Assembly: GCA_964016885.1 (NCBI GenBank)
Contig: OZ024741.1
Span: forward strand, 342,674,001-342,738,000
Reading direction: 5' to 3'
Origin: Eledone cirrhosa
Taxonomy: Eukaryota
DNA length: 64,000 nucleotides
Below the pieces are notes generated by a model. That model saw nothing but the letters and a program-made list of their open reading frames with translations, made no database searches and was not told the origin of the DNA. The translations under genes were made by a program, and so were the position numbers. This document shows positions 27,912 through 41,820 of the stretch, in pieces (the stretch's first letter is position 1; every line of letters starts with the position of its first letter).

Positions 27912-29307
27912 TTATTAATAAGGTGTGTGAGAAAACAATCCAAAGATAGACCGTAATAAAATGTTATGGCTAATACAGGGGCATTCTTCGAAACCTATGG
28001 TAACGATTAACTGTGCCAAGCAGACATTAATAATGATAATAATAATAATATGCTCGGGCTGAATAACATCATCGGGCTGAATAACATCAGATATCACCAA
28101 GGAAACAATAGTAAACATAACCAGAAAACGAAGAAAAATATTTTAGACAAGAACCAACGAACTCTACCAAAAATTTATTTTATGTATGGCTGTCCCTATG
28201 ATATAAATTTCTTTGTTAATACTGGAACCATGTGCAAAAAATACGACAATACAATACAGAGAGTTTACAAGTACCGAATAATAACGACTAAAACAGCAAA
28301 TAAACCAAAACAAAAACGAAATAAAGAAAAACCAAACAAATAAAATAAAGAAATAACGATGGATGTAAGTAACACAGAATTTATTGATTGTATTACAGGT
28401 GATCAGATTGTAAAAATAGCGAAACATGTATACAAGTGAAGCACATAGATGTGTGGATGTTCGTCGTTTGAACTTAAGAAAAAAAAAATTGTACGAAGAT
28501 CGATGCGCGCAAAAACACACACATTTCGAAGCACAAAAGCCGGTACCCAACAACAATGATAACATTCTAAATGATGGGCTGGACTTTAGCTCTCAAGTAT
28601 CACAAGTAAAACTAAAAAGACACAAATGTACACGAGAGGGTTATGCATCGATTCTACACACATTTTTACGCAACACTATACCCTAAAAATGAAAACACTA
28701 CACCACATACATCTATAATCTGTCAACCCCTCCAAAAAGACAATCCACACTCTGATTCAAAGCCCGACGCCAACAAACTATCAAATTCAAAGGGACACAT
28801 ATTAAAAACAAAAGAAAAACACAAAAATATCAGACATGGAAATAGAGCACTTAAAAGAAAAAAATACACAATGAAAACACAGAAAAACGAACTAAAAAAT
28901 AAAGAACATAAAAATATTGAGAATTTAAAACGTGAAGATAAAACCAACATATCTAAACAAATAAAGTAAACGACAAAAAGTAGTAAACCCTAACCGTAAA
29001 AGACATACAAAGTACTGACTAACAAAACTGATTCAAGTCATCACAGCCAAAACTTCAAATGAAAAGAAATATGAGAAAGATGTTTGAAAAAAACCCCTAA
29101 AGACGAAATTCATGACTACAGTATGATAAAGCTGAATATAATCCAAGAACTCCAAACAATAGAAGATCTCCCTATGGACCGAAGAATACACGTCCCAACG
29201 ATAAAAATTAATAACAAAATAACAACAATTATAAAACAACCCCGCTAGCCTAGCCATCATAGAGTTAATAAACACGAATAGAAACATTAGTATTAAACAT
29301 TAGTATT

Positions 29308-29490
29308 ATAATTGTTTCTACTTTTGGCACAAGGCCAGCAATTACCTAGTACATTACTGGTACTTTATTTTATTGACCCCGTAAGGATGAAAGGCAAAGT
29401 TAACCTCGGCGGGATTTGAACTCAGACCGTAAAGGGACGTAACTATGCTGGAAAGCATGGCGTCTGACCCTCTACCGATACTGCCAATTC
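29308..29490 (-). mobile_element. OK-like SINE
   Basis: Reverse complement of the 8073 family. Confidence 0.85.
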
Positions 29491-30227
29491 ATAAATAATA
29501 TGATATATGCAGCAGCCGCTGTTGGTACAAATGAAAGTAGGTATCCCCTTAGATCTACACAAACAAAAATAACGAAACCCACACAAACATGGAAATCAAA
29601 GATTCACAATAAAAATAAAAACTAGGCGGCGGACCAACAAAAAAAAAAGGGTTCTTAAATTTGTACCAAATCCTCATATCTTTAATAAGGAAATGAACCA
29701 TTAGATAATATTGTCCTAGATATCCATAAAAACCTGGATGGTCACAGCTGTATTGCCCTCTGTAATATATCTTCTCGATCAGAGCCGACCTGAGGTTAAG
29801 CAACAACAACAACAACAGTAACAACAGCAACAACAACATAATCAACAATAACAACAACAACAACTACAATAACGTCTGTTTATGAAAAAAAAAAGAAGTC
29901 CCGAAATCAAGCAACTATCTCTGTTTATCACACCAGTGTGTTGTGGAATAATAAAAACGATATTCTGTCGTTCATCTTTGTTTTTATTCTTTTTATTATA
30001 TTTATTAGGTTTTTTGTTTTATTTGAATACATTTTTTTGCTGTTACTTTATGTTTTATTGTTGATGCTGTTGTTGTTTTGATTTCCATCTTCTTATTAAT
30101 TTTACCCTATTTTCTAAACATGCGATTAATTTATCGATTTTTTCCCTCCAATCGAATATCGATCTTTCTCACTCGTTAATGTAGAAAAATATTTTAAAAG
30201 TATTTTTTGGATTTTTATTTTTGTGCA

Positions 30228-30263
<36 letters not shown>

Positions 30264-30476
30264 GAATGCCATGGTTGACGGAGGCTCGGCTCTGTAAGGT
30301 ATAGTAATTTTTAACCGTTAAAACAATTGTAAATTGTTTAAAACTTGAACCAAATTGTTGATAAAGACACCCTCCTCCTCGTGAGAGGGGTCTTTCTGTC
30401 CGTTATTTGGCCCTTCGGGGTTAAATAACCAGTTATTGGGGTTTTGTACCCAAAATTTCATTTTAAACAAAAAAAC

Positions 30477-32573
30477 ATGGCTACGAAAAAGAAATTTCAT
30501 ACGTCACTCCCACTCATTCCGTCTTCTTCTTCCTCAATCATCACTACAGCAGAGAGAAGATTGTCTCTCTCCCTCCCTTCTTTAAATGTGTCTCTCTCCC
30601 TCCCTTCTCTTTCGCAAGCGACGAAAGAAAAGAAAAGTCTCGTGCAAAGCGTGCAAGGTTTCTCCACGACGACGACGACAGCGACGAAACAGGTGTGCGG
30701 GAAATACGAAAACCCAGTTCATTCGTCTGACGTCAGGAATAATAGCAGTAGCAGCCGTAATAACAACAGCAACAGTGACAATGAAAACAACAGTAGCAGC
30801 CGCAACAGCATCACCAGCAGCATAAACAACAACAGCATTAGCAGCAGCAACACCAACAACAACCACAGCAACAGCGGCGGAGGCAGTAGTCGTAGTACCT
30901 GCAGCAACAACAAAAGTACCAGCAGCTCTGACGACAACAACAACAGCAGAGAAAAACCAATCTCATTTGCAGGTATTGCGAAAAACTTGGAAACAATCCT
31001 CATAACAAATGAGGAATTAGAGGAAGCGAAGAAGATGGTGACAAAGAACGGACACCGAGCAATCTGCAAGGCAGCGAAAAATTTTTTCGAAACCCAAGAG
31101 CACTGTACGGTCACGTACCGTACAGTAAGTACAAAATCCCGTAGGGTGGAAAGAGCCACAGAGGCCCGAATACAAAAAGCCTTGGGGTCTGTGTGGCAGA
31201 GGAAAACGCACATCACCCGAGGCAAAAAATACGCCACCGTAGACGTACTTTTTGCCACACCCCAGGAGGCAAAGGCCCAATCAGTAGTGACCCTAAGGAG
31301 CGAGGAAATGGTGTTGGTGCCCTCCTACTGCGGGCAAAAAATTGTGAGGGTCAAACTGACCCACGTCCCCCCCCGGAATGACCCCTTCTTGGCTGGCCGC
31401 GTCTGTCCTCGTCGGAATCGAGGACAAAACAACTGTACTGCAAGTACAGAAAAAAGTAAGAGAAGATTGGGTCGGCTCCTCCATTGAGATGCTAATCCAA
31501 ACCAACCAGGAGTGCATCGAAGCTATCCCGGATGTGATAGACTTCGATAACGGCACTCAACTGCCCATAAGTGTTGAGGGCAAACGCCCGAAATGCTTTC
31601 GCTGTGGATCGAAGACTCACCTCAGGGCCTTCTGCAACGAGAAGACCCTGAGAAAGGAGAAAACCCCCTCCTTCCGAATCCGGCTCCACGGCTACCAGCA
31701 ACAGGACAAGCGGCAACCAGGAACGATAGGTCCGTGGCACCCATACCCACTCCACGGAAATCAAAGACAGCAGCAGCAGTGGAAATATTAACAACAACAA
31801 CAGCAATACCAAATGCAGCTGCAACAGAGACTCCAGTGCAAACATCACCAACAACAACAAGTGAAAGAGTGGAGCTGGTACCCCTCCCCGACCTTACAGA
31901 ATCAGACATGGAGTGTGAGGTGGGAGAGGGATGGCAAAAGGTCGCAAGAAGGCACAAACGCAGAAGCAGCGCATCGTCGCCTTTGAAAAGGGAGGAAAGA
32001 AATGAGAAAAGGGTAAAGTCTACTGCAAAGAGACCCACAGCAGCAACACCACCAACACCATCACCACCCACACCAGCACGACCATCACCACCGGCGACAA
32101 CCCCACCGCCAACAACACCTTCAACACCACCACCACAAGCACCAACATCGCAAACACAACAACAAAACACACACACCCAGCAACAACGACAAGAAAATAG
32201 CAGAACCACACCCCACCCCCAGAAAAACAAATGCACGGCAATAAACACACACAACAAGAAACTAATGACTTACATAATTGAACACACAGACATTTCACAA
32301 CAGGACTACATAATACCAGCACCAATCAAAACGCCAACTAACATAAGACTGCTAAAAATAGCACAGAAACAATACACAAACATTAAAACGAAATTCCCCA
32401 ACGCAGTTGGTGATTTCAGGGACCTAGGAGGAACCATCAATCGAAGAGTATATTCAGACATTCTCTTAGAAGAGCCGACGACCAGCCGAAGGGACGATTC
32501 AACGGTCCCTTCACCAGACGATCAAGTGAAAAGGGATGTAAAAACCATCCCTCCTCTACCAAAAGTACGGTAA
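30477..32573 (+). CDS. LINE ORF1 (gag-like, zinc knuckle), split by two frameshifts near C-runs at about 31370 and about 31665
   Basis: ORFs 30444-31487, 31378-31791 and 31593-32573 overlap in successive frames. Motif CFRCGSKTHLRAFC. Confidence 0.8.
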
Positions 32574-32608
32574 GTGGTCTTTCCCATCTTTTCCACTCTA
32601 TTTTAAAC

Positions 32609-35600
32609 ATGACCTCACTCAGAATAGGCAGCATAAATGCGCGTGGCTTGGGGTCGTCATGGAAGCAGGGTCACCTGCTCAACGACCTCAGGTCACTAAA
32701 CATAGATGTAGTGGCCATCAGCGAGACCAGAATCTCCGAAGCACGGGCCTTCGCACCAATCTTCGGCGGCTACGATGTGTACGCATCTCCCAGCCGTCCT
32801 GGATCGGGTGGAGGAGTTGCTGTGCTTTTTCGGAGAGGTTTGGATCTCGCCATACGGGCCATCTTCCTGGACCCAGAGGGTAAGCTGGTGGTGCTGGACG
32901 TGACCAGCGGAGACGGGCAAGCTTTCAGGCTAGTGGCCGTCTATGCCCCGACAGGAGCAGGGCGGCCTGATTTCTTCCGGCGTCTGGAGACCTTTCTTGG
33001 AACGTCGCGCTCTTTAGTGTTAGTGGGCGACTGGAACGGGATCTTAGATGCACGCTGGGACTGTGTGGGATTAGCGAATAGGGGTGGAGGGTGCAAGAGC
33101 CTCACCAACCTGCTCAGGCGTTTTGAACTGTCTGACAGGTACCGATTGGATTTCCCGAATGTGCCAATGTGGACTTGGACAAATCGCATAGGGTCATCCA
33201 GATCATATCTAGATAGAGTATTTTGTAGGGAAATAGATAGGTCTAGCATAGGCTGTCCACAATTCAAGATAGTCAGCTACACGGACCACAAATTCGTGAC
33301 CTGTGTGCTTGACTTAGATAGGCTTCATAGACGAGGACCCGGCTACTGGAAGCTAAACGCGTCCTTACCAGCGCGCAAGGCCTACAGAGACCGGATTAGC
33401 GAACTAGTTAAGCGGGCGTTGACGGGGGCCATCGTCAACAACAAGTGGTGGTTTGCTCTGAAAAGAGCGATTAGAATAGAATCGATTAGGTTTAGTAAGG
33501 CTTTAGCAATAGAGAAAAATAGAGTAGAGGGAGAACTAGTTAGAAAATTAGACGAGGCGCTTAGCAAAGGCATTGCGACCGACGTGCTTGCGGCGAAATT
33601 GGCCCTTGACCAATTCTTCAATGCAAAGCACGAAGGCTGCGTTGTCAGAGCTAGGGTGCGTGCTCTCAGACACGAGGGGACGAAAGCCGTTCAATGGGCC
33701 CGAGTGGCGGAGGCGCGTCGTGGCAACAAAGCCACGATCCGGTCTTTGGTGGACCACGACGGGCGCATGCTACTCGATCCCGGGCAAATGTGTGAAGCTT
33801 TTCAGCGACACTTCGCTCAGCTGTTCGGGGGCAGCGGGGGGCCGGGTAGAGGGATGGACTTTAGTGTCTACCTCGACGGACTGCCGCGGCTCTCGGCCAC
33901 TGAGGCGAAGTGTTGCGAAAAGCCGATAACAGCCGCTGAAGTACGGGAGGCAATGACTGGCTGCACAAGGGGTAAATCGCCTGGTTTGGATGGTCTGCCC
34001 TATGAACTTTACGTACAGATGCCAGACTTGTTCGGAGGCCTCTTGGCGGACGTCTACTGCAACTGGCAACAGAACGGGAGAATTCCCAGTTCTGTGAGCC
34101 GAGGAGCGGTGGCACTGCTGAGAAAGGATCCGAACAAGGGGGATAACATAGAAAATTTCCGGCCCATAACCCTGCTAAACACAGAGTTTAAGATTTTGGC
34201 CAAGGTGCTAGCAAAGAGGTTGGCGCTTGTCGTTGGTGGTCTGGTGGGAGAGGCGCAGACATGCGCCATTCCCGACAGAACCATCCACGACAACCTCCAC
34301 CTCATGCGATACATCGTAGAGAGGGTAGCTAGGGAACCTGGCACGGGTGGGTCCTTGATCAATTTAGATCAGTCGAAAGCTTTCGATAGGGTCGACCATC
34401 GTTACCTAGCGGCAGTCCTGAGGGCGGCTGGCTTTGGGCCCGTCTTCAGAGGCTGGATCGCTGCCATGCACAGCGACATCTGCTCTGTGGTGAGAGTGAA
34501 CGGTCACCTGTCGGAACCGTTCAACATCATGCGCTCGGTCCGCCAAGGATGTCCCCTCTCGTCCCTCTTGTACGTATTGACTCTCGAGCCATTACTGCAC
34601 AAACTGGAGACGTTGAGGGGAGTCCCGCGCGAACTAGGATGCGGAAGATCCGTGTCAGCATATGCGGACGATGTCACCGTAGTGGTGTCGAACGCCAAAC
34701 ACATCGAGGCGATCGGCACTACACTAAGAGAATACGAAGCGGTGACTGGAGCAATGATCAACCAGGAAAAGTCAGTGGGCCTGCAGCTCGGCACCTGGAG
34801 AGGCAGGTCCATGCCGTCCAACAGCGTCGTGGGGCGCTGGACGGACGGACCGGTTAAATTGCTAGGGGTCTGGTTCGGTCCGGACCTCCAGACGGACAAA
34901 AACTGGGACGAGGTGACGAGCAGGGTGGCTTCTCTCACCCAGAAATGGGCGGAGAGGAAGCTATCCCTGAAAGGTCGAGCGGAGCCTATGGACAACTTCC
35001 AGAAACCCCTGGCCTCGAAGTGCTACCGAGGAGCTTTGCTCTTTCGCTTTTTGTGGAAGGGACGTGCTCCGATGGTCAGGCGGTCCATCTGTTGTCAACA
35101 CCCGCTACGTGGAGGGCTGGGCATGCGTGGCTGATGATGCGCAGGCACGCGCTCAGGCTACGACATCTCCACCTCTTCCTCGACGGTGATCAGGTGTGGT
35201 CGCCGTTTGCTAGACGCGTTTTTCCCCAGCTCGTTTCCTTGACGGAGCTGCAGTCCTGGGTCAAGCGAAGACCGAGAGGGAGCGCCTGGAGACTGGAATG
35301 TCTTCAGGCGCTCACAGCCCTCGACCAATCGGGCAATGTGATCGGTGGAAACTCCACCTCGGCGTTCTATAGAGGATTAGTGGAGGGGAAGAGCGACGAC
35401 GTACTTGGGGAAACTCTAGGCGTCGACGAAAATCAACTAGCCAATCTCTTCGGAAGAACTTTCGGGCCAGGGCCTATGGACAACTTCCAGAAATCTCTGG
35501 CCTGGCAGTGCTACCGAGGAGCCTTGCCAGTTCGGGATAAACTCTACAGGCATGGAGGTGCCGTCAGCCGGGCATGTCCGAGATGCGCGCAGGGCGACGA

Positions 35601-35991
35601 AACCGTCCTGCACGCACTCGTCCAGTGTCCGAAAATTGCTGACTTGTGGGTTTATGTCGAACACCTGCTGTCGCGTTTAGGACGGATCCAGCTATCATCT
35701 GAGTCTATCGTGAGGATTGCCCCGCCCTCCTCCTTTAGTCGGGAAGGGCAGGCAGTTTTTATCTGTCTGGTGGCCATGGCGAAAGAGATAGTATGGTGGA
35801 CACGTTTGAAAGGGCTGAAGACGAGCACTTACCTCTTCGGTGATGCTCTGATTGACTTTTTCAAATTTCATTTGAAAAGGAAAATCAGAGTAGAGAAGGA
35901 AGTGCTCTCTTCCCAGCATTTTGTTGAAAGATGGGTGAGAGAAGCAAGAATGGCCCGAGTGAATGGGCCGACTCTGAGTATATATCTGTAA
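32609..35991 (+). CDS. LINE ORF2: APE endonuclease, reverse transcriptase and C-terminal zinc finger; one frameshift at about 35125
   Basis: SINARG, SET, GDWNG, YLDR, TDHK; KSPGLDG, RPITLLN, KAFDRV, VRQGCPLS, AYADD; CPRC..ETVLHALVQC. Confidence 0.93.
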
Positions 35992-36252
35992 ACTAAAGGT
36001 GGAAAACTGGGAGAGGGCACTTGCCTTGGTGGTCAGGGTCATTGTGGCTTTTTACTGGGCTTTCTCCACAAATGTCCCTCCGAAGTCTCCCCCCTATTGG
36101 GGAATTTTTTCATTGTTATTTTCATTGTTATTTTTGTTACATCCTCTGTTTTTGTTTTTTTACACGCAGAAATGCCCATTTGTACCGCCCTGCATTGTCC
36201 TGCACTGTCCTTAATGTCTACTTTATGTAAACCCTTGTGGTTAATAAAGAAA

Positions 36253-36310
<58 letters not shown>

Positions 36311-36494
36311 CATTGTTATTGTTTCTGAGATATATGCCGAGTGTCTTCCTGACACCTAGGGCAAATAAATTCACAGTGTGCATTGGTAAGCCAGTTAATA
36401 CAGCACATTGATTATAATTAAAAAAAAAAACAGACTACATATATACACATGTGCATATGTAAATACAAGGAGGGATATCAATCTTACAGAGATA

Positions 36495-36935
36495 GTGCTC
36501 TTCTCAACGTGTGCAGTACCAGTCAAAACAATTGTTTGCACTTCGTGCAGAGAGGGTAATCCATGAATCATTCGCAAATATTGTTCTGTTCCTTTCTTGA
36601 TCATTCCCAGTCCTCCCACAATCACTGGTATTGTAACGGGCTTGAGGTGCCACATTTTCTCAATTTCAATAAGCGGATCTTTATATTTTCGTAGCTTGTC
36701 AAATTCTTTTGCTGCGATATTGTGATCACATGGGATGCTCATATCTATCAATAAACAGACCTTGTTTTGTTGATATTTTACAATGATGTCACGTCTATTT
36801 GATTTTATGGTCCTGTCAGTATGTACAGGAAAGTCCCAGAGAATTGTTACTTTATCTCCTTCAGTTACAGCCTCAGGGTGATGATTGTACCACTCGTCTT
36901 CAGCTTTCATTTTGTAATGCTGACATATTACCCAG
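36495..36935 (-). pseudogene. R4/Dong-like LINE 3' fragment (restriction-like endonuclease domain)
   Basis: WYNHHPEAV..ILWDFPVHTDRTIKSNRRDIIV..CLLIDMSIP..KEFDKLRKYKD..IPVIVGGLG. Confidence 0.85.
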
Positions 36936-37392
36936 ATACTATTCACAAACATGATTGTGTATACATAAATGCACAGTCCACATATCCATACATACATCCA
37001 CTCATTTATACCAGCTCCCATCAAAAGATATAGACTTATCAATGCTAAAAAAAAAAGAGAAAAAACTGACAGCAAACTTTGACTCCTACTCTCATTCTTA
37101 CTATTATCCTCCCATCATGTCATGTTAGCTATTTTTCAATCTATCTTCGTATTTGTAAGTCTGTGTTTTTATATAACAATGTATCTCGCTATCTATCTAT
37201 TTGCACCCTTCAATATCTCTCTCCCAACATCTCGCTTATATATATACATAATATATATAAGATGAGAGACAAGCCATAACAGAAACACAAACCCTCCATC
37301 CCAATTTTACTTTTGAAAATCATAAGAACTGTGAAACCCGTAAAGTAAATGAATATTTTAAAAAGACTTCAGTTGCATTTTCAATTTCTTTT

Positions 37393-37454
<62 letters not shown>

Positions 37455-37641
37455 AGAAACAGGAGCTGTGTAGTTGCTGGAGAAGGTGTACCTATAAATA
37501 AAAGGAAAGCACGAACGGGAGAAAATTTTTCATCGTCAGTTGTCTGCTGGGGATCATAGATATTTCTACGCATTAAAGACAAGATATCTAACCCCAGTGC
37601 GTTAAAAACTAAAGGAAGTTATTGGGGAAAAAAAGGATACA

Positions 37642-37677
<36 letters not shown>

Positions 37678-37819
37678 TATATGTATATATGTATGTATAT
37701 ATATATCTTGAGATTAAAGGACTGTTAATTACACTAATGATAACAGTGTCAAATTTAAACCGAATGTTAAGTCTTATAACTCATACTTTACCTTTCACAT
37801 CCTCAGACTTAACGGGTAC

Positions 37820-37862
<43 letters not shown>

Positions 37863-38344
37863 ATAGATCATAATACATTAGAAGTGTAAACACACGCGAA
37901 AGGCAATGGGGTTTTACCTTGATTGCCCTAATCTTTAATTACCTCCACCAATCAGGAAATCGGATCCACTGCAATTTTTATTACTAGTTCAATCTACATA
38001 TATGCTATAGGAATATATAATACAATGACAACAATGCAAGATACCATATCTTGAAGATAACTGTTGTATTGTGAGAAGGCTGCCTTCTCACAATACAACA
38101 GTTGTTTTACAGCAGTCCCCGGGTCTAATTTCCATTTTTGAATTTCCTATTATCTTTTCCCTATCTTCCATGATAAGTTTGGGTTCCACATAACACTGTA
38201 ATGTAATTTTCTCGAAGCTAGCTGATGAGATTGTCCTGTCTTGCGTCATTATTGAATGATGGAGCTGGGTCATTGAAATATGTATAGTGATTTTACGGAA
38301 TAAGAAATTTAAAGCATATCTTCCAGTCCGGCCTTTCGTTGTCG

Positions 38345-38396
<52 letters not shown>

Positions 38397-38573
38397 CAAT
38401 GAGGGTGTGGTAAGATACTAAGTAGATCATAATGCATCAGAGTACTCGATACTTAGGGTAGTAGAGTGGGTAATAGAAAAAGAGTCAGGACCACAACGGT
38501 TGAGCTCCGGCAATTTCGAAACGGCCGGAGCTGCTCAACCATCGGGGTTCTGACTCTTTTCACCCCCCACCCC

Positions 38574-38701
<128 letters not shown>

Positions 38702-38899
38702 TATATATACACATATATATATAACAAAGGAATTGTGGTAAGGAACCAGATGGACCATAACGCACCAGAATACTCAATACTTAGGGTAGTAGAGTGGGAA
38801 ATAGGACAAAGTATGACCCCGACTAGGCTAAACATTCTAATTTAGTCCAGAAATAGCCGTCGAAACGGCTTGAGCTCTGCCGTTGGGGTCATACTTTTT

Positions 38900-38946
<47 letters not shown>

Positions 38947-39056
38947 TGTATATATATACATTTATACATATATATACATACATATATATATACATATACA
39001 TATATACATATATATATACATATATATATATATGTATATATATACATATATATATG

Positions 39057-39160
<104 letters not shown>

Positions 39161-39281
39161 CATATATATATTGTCTTGTTTTACTTACGTTTTTCTCTAG
39201 CTAGCCTTAAACTAACACCTTTTACACCTCACCTCATTACGGCAGGTGTTGTTTGATTTAATTATAATATGATACTGTTAA

Positions 39282-39425
39282 TAATTGTTTCTACTTTAGG
39301 CACAAGGCCAGCAATTACCCAGTGCATTACTGATACTTTATTTTATCGACCCCGTAAGGATGAAAGGCAAAGTCAACCTCGGCGGGATTTGAACTCAGAT
39401 CGTAAAGGGACGTAACTATGCTGGA
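39282..39425 (-). mobile_element. OK-like SINE, 5'-truncated
   Basis: Matches 29308-29455. Confidence 0.85.
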
Positions 39426-39991
39426 ATAATGTTAGCCAATTGTACTTATACCCCTTGGCCTATCAATATGTCCTCGACCCCTTTATAATATTTCTATTGC
39501 CATTATACATATATCTTTAGCTATTAGGTATTAATGTATTTATTTATATAAATATTTTCTATTTCTACGATCACATGAATTTGCAAACACGAGACAATAG
39601 TGCTCAATATTAAAGTTGAGTATAACGCATATTTTATGTTATATTACTGAAGCTACACTCTGTGCTATTTCGAGTTTCGCAGTTACCCACTGATCACGTA
39701 AGCAAGTACAATTTGACATGAGACTGTATATATGCCAATGTTGTGAGTTTGTACCTGACAAGTTGACATGGACAACCGTCGTAAGGGAAATAATATTATA
39801 CGCTTGCCAATGATATTATATACAAATACTCGCTATTATTGAAGTGCACACACATACAACACACACACACGCACACACACAACACACAAACATACACACA
39901 TACACACACAACACACATACACAAACATACACACATACACACACAACACACATACACAAACATACACAAACACACACAAACACACACACCT

Positions 39992-40077
<86 letters not shown>

Positions 40078-40402
40078 TATAAGACTATAATATTTATTGA
40101 AGCTGAAATATCCCTATTAGGTTTCTGAGTTTCACCATTCAGCTATTTAAACAATGGTAGTGTCAACAATATGTTTATTATACATATAATTTAAAAGACA
40201 GTTGAATTGAAATAAAACATTTCAGAAATAAACACTAACTTGATTGCTTGTCAAAATCCTGGAGAATTAATGTTAGAAATATATATATTATGAATGAAAA
40301 ATGAAAAATAGAATGTGAAGGAACGAAACGAACAAAATAAAAGAGAAAAATATAAATTAAATTAGAAAGATTGCATTACCACGCGCGCGCGCACACACAC
40401 AC

Positions 40403-40467
<65 letters not shown>

Positions 40468-40730
40468 CATATAACAAAGGAATTGTGGTAAGGAACCAGA
40501 TGGACCATAACGCACCAGAGTACTCAATACTTAGGGTAGTAGAGTGGGAAATAGGAAAAGTTCAGAAATAGCCGTCGAAACGGCTTGAGCTCTGCCGTCG
40601 GGGTCATACTTTTTCCTATATACATATATATATATATATGTATGTAAAAGGTAAACAGAAATAACAACACAATCGGTACAGTAAATGGAAGGAATATATT
40701 AGGTTAACGCTTGAAATAGCAGGAAGAGGG

Positions 40731-40766
40731 TCATAACGTTTCGGACGCTAGTCTTTCATCGGAAGA
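40731..40766 (-). ncRNA. Minimal type I hammerhead with U4C change (family of 21579)
   Basis: tctt-CCGATGA-aagac tagc gtcc-GAAACGTT-atga. Confidence 0.6.
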
Positions 40767-40991
40767 AAGAATGAGAAATAAGATAGATTGAAGGGACGGG
40801 CGGGTTGGAATTGGAAAAAATGTCTTTAGGTCCATTCATGTTGACATCTCTTGGAAAACTGTTGATGCTGGCGTTTTGTGTATGATATATTTTTTTTAGA
40901 AAAGTGGATGATGGAGCACGTCTACTTGAAATGAGGAAAAATCGTTTTGGAAAAAGAGCTATACTTGTGCGTATACGTATGAATTTTTGTG

Positions 40992-41027
<36 letters not shown>

Positions 41028-41363
41028 GCACGTTTACAAAATGGCTGACTAACTATATACGTGTTTTCTTTCTGAAAATTCAAAATTCTTTTTTCCTTTC
41101 AAATTCTCGTCTATCTTTCTATTTCTTCTCCTCCTTCTCATCCTATCTTCCAATTTAAGACTAACGCCCAAAATATTACAACTCTTTGCCCATTGTATCA
41201 AGCATCAAACTAATATATATCATTATTGTTCTCCAGAAATTAAACCAAATAAAATATTATTACTATCTTTACATAAATTCCAATCAGCCCTTAATTATTT
41301 TAAAGAATTCAGACATTTATATCATTCATCTGATAAACAATTCGTTTAGTAATCTAGAAAATG

Positions 41364-41820
41364 CTATTCTTGTGACGCTAAACTCCACAAAGTTCGATCA
41401 CCAGCAGCATCAAGTCCAGTCCATAAGTTGACATTGTTAAGCCATCGTTTTGGCTGCCATCGTTTTGGCATACCATCGTTTTGGCATACCCTAATCACAC
41501 CACGAGTTGATCTTTTTATATGACCGTACAGTTTAAGCACACTTGACCTGACAATTGATGTAATTGGTCTAAGTTTGGTAATGTTGAGCAGCTCACTGAT
41601 ACACATACTGTCGCTGAGCCGCTTGCCAGTCATAAGTCTCATGATGTGGTTCTGGAATGTAGAGAACTTCTGAAATGACTTTGTCGTCCAATTAACACAG
41701 TCAAGACCATATAACACAGCTGGTAGGATGTAAGATCAAATGATAGGAAAGTCATTTTGATGTTAGTACTTTCTTGTTCTTGTTGAAAGCTGCCCAGCCT
41801 AGAGCGATTCGATACTGAAA
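41364..41820 (-). pseudogene. RTE-like LINE 3' remnant
   Basis: VLYGLDC..FQNHIMRLMTG..LKLYGHIKR..PKRWLNNV. Confidence 0.7.

Larger units (their letters stand above)
30264..36254 (+). mobile_element. Near full-length Tx1/L1-clade non-LTR retrotransposon inserted in (ATT)n
   Basis: 5' UTR, ORF1 with CCHC knuckle, ORF2 APE-RT-Zn finger, AATAAA at 36243, (ATT)n on both sides. Confidence 0.95.

Noticed and set aside
27990-29290. A-rich region as a decayed PLE ORF (ILNDGLDFS resembles LSKGLNF)
   Set aside because: Single weak motif with many stops; cannot be supported.
38217-38288. Possible long-stem-II hammerhead as a stand-alone feature
   Set aside because: The core is present but stems I and II are imperfect; counted only as a weak variant.
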